64,000 bases of DNA from a virus. Below, one piece after another: positions 8,128-15,592 of this stretch (positions are counted from its first letter, which is position 1; the number at the start of each line of letters is the position of its first letter). The notes beneath the pieces were generated by a model that saw only the letters and a program-made list of their open reading frames with translations, did not search any database and had not been told where the DNA came from. A program made the translations under genes and the position numbers. The DNA is taken from the IMG/VR virus record IMGVR_UViG_3300017917_003379. One strand, 5' to 3'.

Positions 8128-8169
8128 TCAAAACTAATTACTTATATTTAATTAATAAAATTAGAACAT

Positions 8170-8367
8170 ATGCCTAACATGTCTTATTGCCGATTCCAAA
8201 ACACGTATCAGGATTTGATGGATTGCTATGAAAATTTGAATGATAGTGATTTGAGTCATAATGAACGTCGTTATCGAGAAAAACTAGTAGAGTTGTGTCA
8301 AGATATTTTGGATGAATATGATCCTCAGGAAGAAGAAGACGAAGAAAATGATGATTTTGAGGAGTAA
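8170..8367 (+). CDS. Small acidic early protein (NMSYCRFxNT type)
   Basis: ORF behind promoter 8127; Asp/Glu-rich tail. Confidence 0.7.
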   Translation: MPNMSYCRFQNTYQDLMDCYENLNDSDLSHNERRYREKLVELCQDILDEYDPQEEEDEENDDFEE

Positions 8368-8427
8368 AAAATAGGCAAAACACGTTTCGTATATTTAATT
8401 ATTAATAAAAACAAAAAACAAAAGGTT

Positions 8428-8700
8428 ATGAACAACGTAGAAACAACCACAACAGAAGTAACAAACGTTAAGCGCGGTCGTCCTGTACTTGAAGGTTCAG
8501 CTCGCCAAGCAAAACTTGCAGCCCGAGCAGCCAAAATGGCTAATGGTGAAACCATTTCTCGAGGCCGTCCTGTGAATCCTAATTCACCTCGTCAGCTCCG
8601 TCTTGCAGCTCGTGCTGCACGAGCAGAAAGTGGTATTGAAGTTAAGGTTGGACGTCCTAAGGGTACAGGAAAGAAAGTAACTGAGGAAGTTACGGCTTGA
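8428..8700 (+). CDS. AT-hook-like basic DNA-binding protein
   Basis: KRGRP, SRGRP, VGRPK in an internally repeated Ala/Arg-rich protein. Confidence 0.65.
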   Translation: MNNVETTTTEVTNVKRGRPVLEGSARQAKLAARAAKMANGETISRGRPVNPNSPRQLRLAARAARAESGIEVKVGRPKGTGKKVTEEVTA

Positions 8701-8772
8701 GCTTAAAAAATCCTGTTTTTCGTTTGGAAGGCAGGATTTTTTTATTATTTTTATTCTATAAGATTAAAAAAT

Positions 8773-8982
8773 ATGAAAACGTTATTTGAACGGCTTAAAC
8801 CTGAATTCAGAGAACAACTTGAATCACAACTTGAAAGATACCCATCATCAATTGGGAAAATAATTGATGAGTTGAAAGAAAATTATTTTTATGTTGATAT
8901 TAAGTATGGAACTGTTTTAGAAACAGGGTTGTTTATTTCAGGAACGTTTGAAGATATGTTTGAAGATGTTAAATATAAATAA
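8773..8982 (+). CDS. Hypothetical early protein
   Basis: ORF behind promoter 8730. Confidence 0.7.
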   Translation: MKTLFERLKPEFREQLESQLERYPSSIGKIIDELKENYFYVDIKYGTVLETGLFISGTFEDMFEDVKYK

Positions 8983-8988
8983 ATAGTT

Positions 8989-9192
8989 ATGGTATCATAT
9001 TGGGAAGCAATCGCAGATTTTGTTACAACAACATTGTTTGGTGAACGTATGCCCGGTGAATCACTTAAACCAGTCAGGTTTAAAACCACTCACCCAACAG
9101 AACCACTCAGTTACAACGAATGGATGCAGATGTTTCGAGTAAGTTCGTTACATGGTGTTAATCAAAGAATATTTTTTGAGTCAAGATCTTAG
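8989..9192 (+). CDS. Hypothetical early protein
   Basis: ORF track; gttATG start context. Confidence 0.65.
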   Translation: MVSYWEAIADFVTTTLFGERMPGESLKPVRFKTTHPTEPLSYNEWMQMFRVSSLHGVNQRIFFESRS

Positions 9193-9206
9193 TATTATAT
9201 TTAAAT

Positions 9207-9303
9207 AGTCAGGTGGCGCAATGGTAGCGGACGGAAATGGGAGTAACCGAAAGGTCAGTACCAATCACTTGCCGGAGTACAGGTTCGAATCCTGTCCTGA
9301 CTA
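9207..9303 (+). ncRNA. tRNA-like RNA with anticodon arm replaced by a GAAA-capped irregular helix (97 nt)
   Basis: Acceptor AGTCAGG/CCTGACT+A, D-like CGC-AATGGTA-GCG, T arm ACAGG-TTCGAAT-CCTGT; own promoter at 9180-9203. Confidence 0.65.
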
Positions 9304-9360
9304 CAAAAACAATAACCGTCCCAGTCGTTGTTTTGATTCATACTTTTAATTTTATATTAC

Positions 9361-9390
9361 GCCCGATGTTTCTACATTGGGCTTTTTTTT
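9361..9390 (+). terminator. Intrinsic terminator
   Basis: gcccgatgt-ttct-acattgggc plus T tract. Confidence 0.75.
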
Positions 9391-9438
9391 ATTTGTCAAA
9401 ATAATTTTATTATATTTAATTAAATAAAATAAAAGGTT

Positions 9439-9516
9439 ATGTTTGAATTACAAGTTCCTGTTCAAATTATGGGTGACGTAGTTGTTGATCCTATTCAAAT
9501 TATTTACCTCAACTAG
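9439..9516 (+). CDS. 25-aa micro-protein (not in ORF track)
   Basis: MFELQVPVQIMGDVVVDPIQIIYLN*; fills a whole promoter-to-promoter cassette with aaaaggttATG start. Confidence 0.6.
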   Translation: MFELQVPVQIMGDVVVDPIQIIYLN

Positions 9517-9559
9517 TCAAAATTTTTTTATTATATTTAATTAATAAAATTAAAAGGCT

Positions 9560-9766
9560 ATGTTATCTTTTAAGATGGAAAAAAAAGTAACAATGTTACT
9601 TAAAGAATTAGAACGAGCCAAAACTGATAGGGATTTTATTCAGGTGGAAAATAAAATTTGTTTTTTACCTAAGAAGGTGATTAAAGAATTTTATATACGG
9701 GCTGAAAAACAGGGGTTGATTATTAATCATGGAGATGAAATAGAATACATTTATTGGTTAGAATAG
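9560..9766 (+). CDS. Hypothetical early protein
   Basis: ORF behind promoter 9516. Confidence 0.65.
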   Translation: MLSFKMEKKVTMLLKELERAKTDRDFIQVENKICFLPKKVIKEFYIRAEKQGLIINHGDEIEYIYWLE

Positions 9767-9822
9767 TTTTTTTTAACTAGTCAAAATTTTTTTATTATTT
9801 TTAGTTAATAAAATTAAAAGTT

Positions 9823-10068
9823 ATGAAACAAGTAGCAACAAAAGAATTTGGTTCTGGTAAGTATAAGCAAATTTTGAGTCTTCATATCGATGAAGAAGAT
9901 AATTCAGGTTACATTGAGCAAGTAACTGAAGGGTATGATAATATATTTGATATTGGTTTGTGGTTTGAAGGAAAACGTGTAGTTGGTTACGATGGTGTGT
10001 TTGTTTTATCTAAAGAAGCAATTCAGCTACTCCAAGAAAATGGTTTTATCACAGATGATGTGGAATAA
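9823..10068 (+). CDS. Small acidic early protein
   Basis: ORF behind promoter 9780. Confidence 0.7.
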   Translation: MKQVATKEFGSGKYKQILSLHIDEEDNSGYIEQVTEGYDNIFDIGLWFEGKRVVGYDGVFVLSKEAIQLLQENGFITDDVE

Positions 10069-10119
10069 CATTTTTAGTCAAAATAATTTTATTATATTTA
10101 ATTAATAAAATTAAAAGTT

Positions 10120-10314
10120 ATGAAAAGTAAAAGTGTTTATCTTATTTTCTTCCACCACAAGGATGTATTCAATAATGCTTGTATTGAATGTACAAGAGAA
10201 GAATTTATTGATGAGTGTATTAAAAATGAGTTAGTCAGTAGTAAAGAAGAACTTGATAAGGTAAAGTGGGTTATTTTTGAAGATGGATATGAGTGGTTCC
10301 CGGTTATATATTAG
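10120..10314 (+). CDS. Small early protein
   Basis: ORF behind promoter 10077. Confidence 0.7.
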   Translation: MKSKSVYLIFFHHKDVFNNACIECTREEFIDECIKNELVSSKEELDKVKWVIFEDGYEWFPVIY

Positions 10315-10372
10315 CAATAGTTTTTTTTAGTTTGTCAAAATTTTTTTATTATTTTTAATTAAATAATAAAAT

Positions 10373-10606
10373 ATGAAATACCAGATTAAAAGTATTTTTG
10401 AACAAATTAGTTCAACAGTTTTTAGTATGACTGATGTTAATGAAGCTAAAGCATTCATTATTAATTTTGTTAATGATAAAAACATTAATGAAACTGATAA
10501 AATTCAGATACTAAATAATATCCAACCTATTAAAAGTATTACTAAGTTACAAACATACCTTTGTAACTCATTATTAAAATATGAAGGTATGAGTGTAAAT
10601 AAATAG
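10373..10606 (+). CDS. Hypothetical early protein
   Basis: ORF behind promoter 10334. Confidence 0.7.
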   Translation: MKYQIKSIFEQISSTVFSMTDVNEAKAFIINFVNDKNINETDKIQILNNIQPIKSITKLQTYLCNSLLKYEGMSVNK

Positions 10607-10656
10607 GCAAAATTTTTTTATTATATTTAATTATTAAATAAATAAAATTAAAAGTT

Positions 10657-10908
10657 ATGACAGTAAAAGAATTAATGGACACATTAAGTACATTTGATCC
10701 TGAAACAGAAGTAGTAGGTATGTGTATTGATCCTACAGATTACATCTATAAACTTCCTATTGAATCAATTGAATTAGGTGATCCATTTGATAGTAATGGT
10801 ATACATGGTGTTACAGGTGATGAAATAGATGATTGGGATGATGTACATGATAAAGATGGTGAATATGTTGGTGAAAAAGTATTGATTATAAATTTAGGTA
10901 ATGTTTAA
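10657..10908 (+). CDS. Small acidic early protein (MTVKEL type)
   Basis: ORF behind promoter 10606; Asp/Glu-rich. Confidence 0.7.
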   Translation: MTVKELMDTLSTFDPETEVVGMCIDPTDYIYKLPIESIELGDPFDSNGIHGVTGDEIDDWDDVHDKDGEYVGEKVLIINLGNV

Positions 10909-10920
10909 TTAAGATAAAGA

Positions 10921-10949
10921 ATACCCTAGAAATAGGGTATTTTTTTTTT
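10921..10949 (+). terminator. Intrinsic terminator (GAAA loop)
   Basis: atacccta-gaaa-tagggtat plus T tract; near-copy at 11267. Confidence 0.8.
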
Positions 10950-11017
10950 ATTAATGAATAATATTTGTCAAAATTTTTTTATTATATTTAATTATTAAAT
11001 AAATAAAATTAAAAATT

Positions 11018-11251
11018 ATGGAAAAGAAATTAGTATTAGAAATTTTAGAAAGGAATGGATATGATAAAGAATATTTTGAGGAAATGGATGATAATGTAAT
11101 TGAAGGAGGTACTGAAGAATGGATGGATGTGTTAAGTGATATAATTGGAAAAAATGCATATGATCAAGATAATTGGACTGAAGAGGATTATATGAAAGTT
11201 AGAAAATTTATTAATGTTATGGAAAATGATTTAGGATTAGAATTATTGTAA
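11018..11251 (+). CDS. Small acidic early protein; untagged paralogue of 47970..48281
   Basis: Shares EEWMDVLSDIIGKNAYDQDNWTEED. Confidence 0.8.
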   Translation: MEKKLVLEILERNGYDKEYFEEMDDNVIEGGTEEWMDVLSDIIGKNAYDQDNWTEEDYMKVRKFINVMENDLGLELL

Positions 11252-11266
11252 ATTTTTAAATAAAAG

Positions 11267-11294
11267 ATACCTCAGAAATGAGGTATTTTTTTTT
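11267..11294 (+). terminator. Intrinsic terminator (GAAA loop)
   Basis: atacctca-gaaa-tgaggtat plus T tract. Confidence 0.8.
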
Positions 11295-11354
11295 ATTAAT
11301 GAATAATATTTGTCAAAATTTTTTTATTATATTTAATTAATAAGATTAAAAAAT

Positions 11355-11618
11355 ATGATTAGTGTTAAAGTTTTAATAAATGAAATTGAAAAATTTATTA
11401 GTGAAAATGAGAATGAATTTGAATTTATTGTTGATTTTAAAAATATAGAAGATAATTGGGAAATTAATTTTGAAAAAAAATGTATTAATATTTTAGAATG
11501 TTGTAATATATTTGTGAGAGAAAATGATGATAATGAGTTAGAGAATTGGTTTAAAAAAGAAAATTTAATACATAAAAAGATTAAAATTAATAATTGTATT
11601 TTATATATAATGATGTAA
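11355..11618 (+). CDS. Small acidic early protein with an almost C-free coding strand
   Basis: ORF behind promoter 11312; a single C in the CDS. Confidence 0.6.
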   Translation: MISVKVLINEIEKFISENENEFEFIVDFKNIEDNWEINFEKKCINILECCNIFVRENDDNELENWFKKENLIHKKIKINNCILYIMM

Positions 11619-11708
11619 ATAAAATATATAAGGGTTATTATTAATGAATAATATTTGTCAAAATTTTTTTATTATATTTATATAAATAAAAAATAAAAAA
11701 TTAAAAGT

Positions 11709-11861
11709 ATGAAAAATAAAATGACTCCAGCTAATATTATTTTGATTGTTATTGTAATGATTGGATTGTTAAATGGACTCACTAGTTGTAAGACATCTGG
11801 TTATGGATGTCGTGGTAAAGAATCTTGGAATGGTATGGTAAAAAGAATTAATAGACAATAA
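11709..11861 (+). CDS. Small lipoprotein (50 aa, not in ORF track)
   Basis: MKNKMTPANIILIVIVMIGLLNGLTS|CKTSGYGCRG...; lipobox LTSC; behind promoter 11657. Confidence 0.7.
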   Translation: MKNKMTPANIILIVIVMIGLLNGLTSCKTSGYGCRGKESWNGMVKRINRQ

Positions 11862-11923
11862 AAAAAAATGAATAATATTTGTCAAAATTTTTTTATTATA
11901 TTTAATTAATAAAATTAAAAAAT

Positions 11924-12280
11924 ATGAATGAATTATTAGAAAAAATCTTGCATCAAGTAACTAACTATGATTTATTTAAAGTTAACTTTAATTTATGGGA
12001 AACAACATTGTTGAATGATAAGTATGATGAAGTAGTAAATAAAGGATTTATAAAAAATAATGAAATAACAAAAGAAGAATTCAATGAACTTCATAATGAA
12101 TTAAATAATAACTTTAATTTTAATTATTTCATCAGAAATTGGACAGTATTAGATGATGAAGAAACACGACATGAAGATGATATAAATAAAGATATAGAAT
12201 ATTTTAAAATTAAATATAACGTTGATGATAATACAGCAAATACTATGAAAATAATTATAGATAAATTTTTAAATATATAA
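11924..12280 (+). CDS. Acidic early protein
   Basis: ORF behind the last promoter copy (11881). Confidence 0.65.
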   Translation: MNELLEKILHQVTNYDLFKVNFNLWETTLLNDKYDEVVNKGFIKNNEITKEEFNELHNELNNNFNFNYFIRNWTVLDDEETRHEDDINKDIEYFKIKYNVDDNTANTMKIIIDKFLNI

Positions 12281-12344
12281 TAATAAAATATGATGTTGGT
12301 AAAAAAAAGTATACAGTTAAGTATATGCTTCTATAATATCGGGG

Positions 12345-12377
12345 CGATAGCGGAATGATAGCGAAACGATAGCGGAA
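12345..12377. repeat. 3 x 11-bp tandem repeat YGATAGCGRAA
   Basis: cgatagcggaa tgatagcgaaa cgatagcggaa. Confidence 0.85.
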
Positions 12378-12394
12378 TACTCCCACGGTAATTG

Positions 12395-12412
12395 CGGTCC
12401 ATCGATGGACCG
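12395..12412. repeat. Perfect 18-bp palindrome
   Basis: CGGTCCATCGATGGACCG. Confidence 0.9.
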
Positions 12413-12625
12413 TTTTTATTATGATAAAATGTGCCATATTCTCAACTCGCAAACACCCTCTCACCATCGACAGTATATACGCATATACCCAATAATATAT
12501 TTGCATTTTCCGTATAACCCCTTTTGATTTTCTTTGTAAAAATCCAAAATCTTCTTTTAACAAACTTTTTTTATATAAGCAAAGTATATACATTGATATT
12601 ATATAAACATAAAACATATATTAAT

Positions 12626-12811
12626 ATGAATAAAAAAATAATAGATATGTTTTTCACTAAAGAAGCATTTGAACAATATGCTCGTCGTTTACGTGAAGAA
12701 CAAGCAAAACAATATGGTATAACTTTAGAAGAATGGGATGAAGCCGTACGTGAAGGTAAAACCATTAACCCTAATACACAATCTAATAATACCCAGCAAC
12801 ATGAAATCTAA
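12626..12811 (+). CDS. Hypothetical protein
   Basis: In-frame ATG (MNKKIIDMFF...) within track ORF 12524..12811. Confidence 0.55.
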   Translation: MNKKIIDMFFTKEAFEQYARRLREEQAKQYGITLEEWDEAVREGKTINPNTQSNNTQQHEI

Positions 12812-13307
12812 TTTTCATTACGTAACACCAGAAGAATCTAAATATTATATAAAATTACCATACGATAAAGCGCATAAAGCTGATGCTTTTACTTTTATCC
12901 CCGAAGAAGATGGATGGGATCGTGTATACTATTTAGCAAATTCTATTATTGATCCTTCAGGTGGAGTACGTCCTGTTGAATATGTTTATATTTTAGTAAA
13001 CAAATCAATACCTGGAATGGTTAAGATAGGAATGACTACTAAAACTCCTGATGAAAGAGCACATGAAATATCTTCTCATACTGGTATTCCAACACCTTGG
13101 GTTCCTGTTTTTTCGTTTAAGTGTTATCGTTCTGATTTGTTAGAAGAAGAAATACATGAGTACTTTGCAGCTCAACGTGTTAGTGATCAACGAGAAATGT
13201 TTACTGTTGATTCATATACTGCTCAAAAAGTAATTGAAACATTAGGACAAAAATATTCTAGTGTACTACATGCTGACAGTTTACTTGAATTTAAAAATAA
13301 AAAATAA
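12801..13307 (+). CDS. T5orf172/MUG113 GIY-YIG-superfamily protein
   Basis: YVYILVNKSIPGMVKIGMTTKTPDERAHEI...LEEEIH...REMF. Confidence 0.8.
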   Translation: MKSNFHYVTPEESKYYIKLPYDKAHKADAFTFIPEEDGWDRVYYLANSIIDPSGGVRPVEYVYILVNKSIPGMVKIGMTTKTPDERAHEISSHTGIPTPWVPVFSFKCYRSDLLEEEIHEYFAAQRVSDQREMFTVDSYTAQKVIETLGQKYSSVLHADSLLEFKNKK

Positions 13308-13487
13308 ACGAAAAAATTTTTTATCTAATATTTTATGTATTTTAGATAGATAGCAATAGTTTTCGTTTTTTTATTACTTTTTATCAATTGTTATATTGGT
13401 TTTATAATATTTAAAAGTATATACGTAGGTAATATGGAGAAGTATAGATGCTGTGAATGGATTGTAGTTTTATAATATTTATACACG

Positions 13488-13727
13488 ATGAAACCATATA
13501 AAATTAAACTTGAAGACAAAGCTGCATTTTTAAATCGTTTGGAAAAATACGATATTAAAGTGGGCAGCTATGAAATAATTGATAATAAGTTAAAAGGTTA
13601 TTTTACTTTTACTCCTACAGACCCATCTATTGCTGATGTTGTAAAGGATATTTTGAAGCAATCTCCTAAGATTGATCAAATCAAAGAAATAATTCGTAAA
13701 ATTGTTCGTGAAGAACTTTTAAAGTAA
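13488..13727 (+). CDS. Hypothetical protein with C-terminal IKEIIRKIVREE tag-like helix
   Basis: ORF track; ATATTTAT motif upstream. Confidence 0.65.
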   Translation: MKPYKIKLEDKAAFLNRLEKYDIKVGSYEIIDNKLKGYFTFTPTDPSIADVVKDILKQSPKIDQIKEIIRKIVREELLK

Positions 13728-13856
13728 GTTTGGAAATATAAAATTTTTTCTATAACTTTAACCTACAGGGGGTTTGGAAATAAGGAAATGAGAGAGAATG
13801 AGGAGAGGAGAATGAGGGGGGAGGGGAAATTATATATTTATATATAAATACATATT

Positions 13857-14057
13857 ATGCGTTATAAAAACAATGTTTTAGATAAACTTAACCAAGCTGA
13901 TGCTTTAGTTAACCACTTAGTGGTGCAATTAAATAGAAATAATTCTCGTGATGAAGTTCTTGAGACTCTTACTTCTTTAAAAGAGCAAATTGAATCTACT
14001 CGTGAAATGGTTTCTATTGAACATGATGAATTTGCTCAACAATTTTCTGGAAGATGA
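13857..14057 (+). CDS. Small coiled-coil protein
   Basis: ORF track. Confidence 0.65.
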   Translation: MRYKNNVLDKLNQADALVNHLVVQLNRNNSRDEVLETLTSLKEQIESTREMVSIEHDEFAQQFSGR

Positions 14058-14332
14058 ATATAGTACTTTGGGTTTTAGGGATTCATTTAATTGAATTAAT
14101 GTTAATTGGTGGGTATCTTCTTATTAGAAAAAATAAGATTCTTGAAGAAACTGTAGCTAGCCAACAACAATATATTGATGCTATTAGTATTATTGTTAAT
14201 GATTCAAGTGAAACAATAAAACAATTAGATGCTAAAGGTGCTTTTGAATCTGATGATGAAGTGGGTACTTTTTTTAGAAATTTAAAAGAAATTCAAAGAG
14301 TATTAGATCAATTTAATCTTAATAAAAAATAG
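14054..14332 (+). CDS. Membrane-anchored protein
   Basis: N-terminal hydrophobic helix; FESDDEVGTFF motif. Confidence 0.65.
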   Translation: MNIVLWVLGIHLIELMLIGGYLLIRKNKILEETVASQQQYIDAISIIVNDSSETIKQLDAKGAFESDDEVGTFFRNLKEIQRVLDQFNLNKK

Positions 14333-14383
14333 TTTGGTTACGGTATTTTTTGTTTTTATATTTGATATTAAACATTAAATATC

Positions 14384-15166
14384 ATGTCATATTACTACGA
14401 AGAAGATTTAGATGTATATCTGGATAGAGAATTGGGGAAAGTTGCTTTAACTAAACATGGACAACCCCGTAAACGTAAACCCAAAGAACCTCGAGTTTAT
14501 TTTACTCAAGACACTGAAGAGGCTATTATTGAATATTTAAATTCATCTAATCAAGATGATCGTAATGCTATTTATAAAGATCGCATAGAATATGCTTTTT
14601 ATAAATTAGCAGAAAATATTATTCATACTTTTAAATTTTATTATACCGACTCAGATACAATTGAAGAATTGAAACATGAGGTGGTTACTTTCTTGCTTGA
14701 AAAACTTCATCTTTACAATCAATCTAAAGGTAAAGCATATTCTTATTTTGGTACTATTGCTAAACGTTATCTTATTATTTATAATAGCAATAATTATAAA
14801 AAACTCCAAGAACATGCTGATGTAGAAGAAATAGATGAGGATAAAAATATATTATATAATAATATCCGTGAAGAAGAAGAAAAATCCAACCCAGATAATT
14901 TTATAGACCAATACATATTATATGTTGATAAGCATCTTTATAGTATATTTCCTAAACAACAGGATGCTAAAACAGCAGATGCTATAATGGAATTATTTCG
15001 CAAACGTGAAACTTTAGAAATATTTAATAAAAAAGCTTTATACATTTATATTCGCGAAATTACTGACACTACTACTCCCCAGATTACTAAAGTTACTAAA
15101 AAATTAGATGCTTTACGTACTAAGTTGTATAATGAATATTATCAACATGGATACATAAAGATTTAG
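14384..15166 (+). CDS. gp55: Late-transcription sigma factor, T4 gp55-like
   Basis: YFTQDTEEAIIEY...FYKLAENII...KGKAYSYFGTIAKRYLI parallels gp55 motifs. Confidence 0.7.
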   Translation: MSYYYEEDLDVYLDRELGKVALTKHGQPRKRKPKEPRVYFTQDTEEAIIEYLNSSNQDDRNAIYKDRIEYAFYKLAENIIHTFKFYYTDSDTIEELKHEVVTFLLEKLHLYNQSKGKAYSYFGTIAKRYLIIYNSNNYKKLQEHADVEEIDEDKNILYNNIREEEEKSNPDNFIDQYILYVDKHLYSIFPKQQDAKTADAIMELFRKRETLEIFNKKALYIYIREITDTTTPQITKVTKKLDALRTKLYNEYYQHGYIKI

Positions 15167-15196
15167 GAATATCATATTTATTATTAAATATAATTT

Positions 15197-15592
15197 ATGA
15201 CTAACTTTAATGATATAAAATTATTTGGTGATACATCATTATCGGATATTTTTAAACAAGCTCATAAACGTACTAAAGATACTGATAAACAAATTAATGA
15301 TCTTATTGATACATTAAAACCACTTGCTTCATCTAATGCAGGTTCTGCAGTGATGCTTATGCCTACTGTTAAAGATTTAATTGATGTTAATGTAAAAAAT
15401 AATGAACAGTTAATCAAAATGGCTGGTATTGCGCAACGTGCTGCTACATCTGCTGCTAATTCGGGGCAAGCAGATTTATTTGATCCAACAGAATTACAAC
15501 AATTAATTGATGAACAACGTATTATTGAAGTTGAAGGTCAAAAATTACTTGAACAAACTCAAAATATTCAAAAACAAATTGATAATAAATGA
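15197..15592 (+). CDS. Hypothetical helical protein
   Basis: ORF track. Confidence 0.7.
   Translation: MTNFNDIKLFGDTSLSDIFKQAHKRTKDTDKQINDLIDTLKPLASSNAGSAVMLMPTVKDLIDVNVKNNEQLIKMAGIAQRAATSAANSGQADLFDPTELQQLIDEQRIIEVEGQKLLEQTQNIQKQIDNK

Larger units (their letters stand above)
597..11905 (+). promoter_or_regulatory. Array of ~29 early promoters G(G/T)CAAAA-N9-TAnnTTTA
   Basis: Copies start at 597,1335,1850,2141,2744,3608,4331,4751,5285,5919,6257,6743,6796,7473,7708,8127,8374,8730,9180,9395,9516,9780,10077,10334,10606,10967,11312,11657,11881; spacing checked as 9 nt in several copies; 3' box resembles Bacteroidota -7 TAnnTTTG. Confidence 0.8.

Noticed and set aside
597-11905. CRISPR array or true integron
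   Set aside because: Repeats are degenerate and promoter-shaped, and separated by whole genes of variable length; no cas operon, integrase or attC-type palindromes seen
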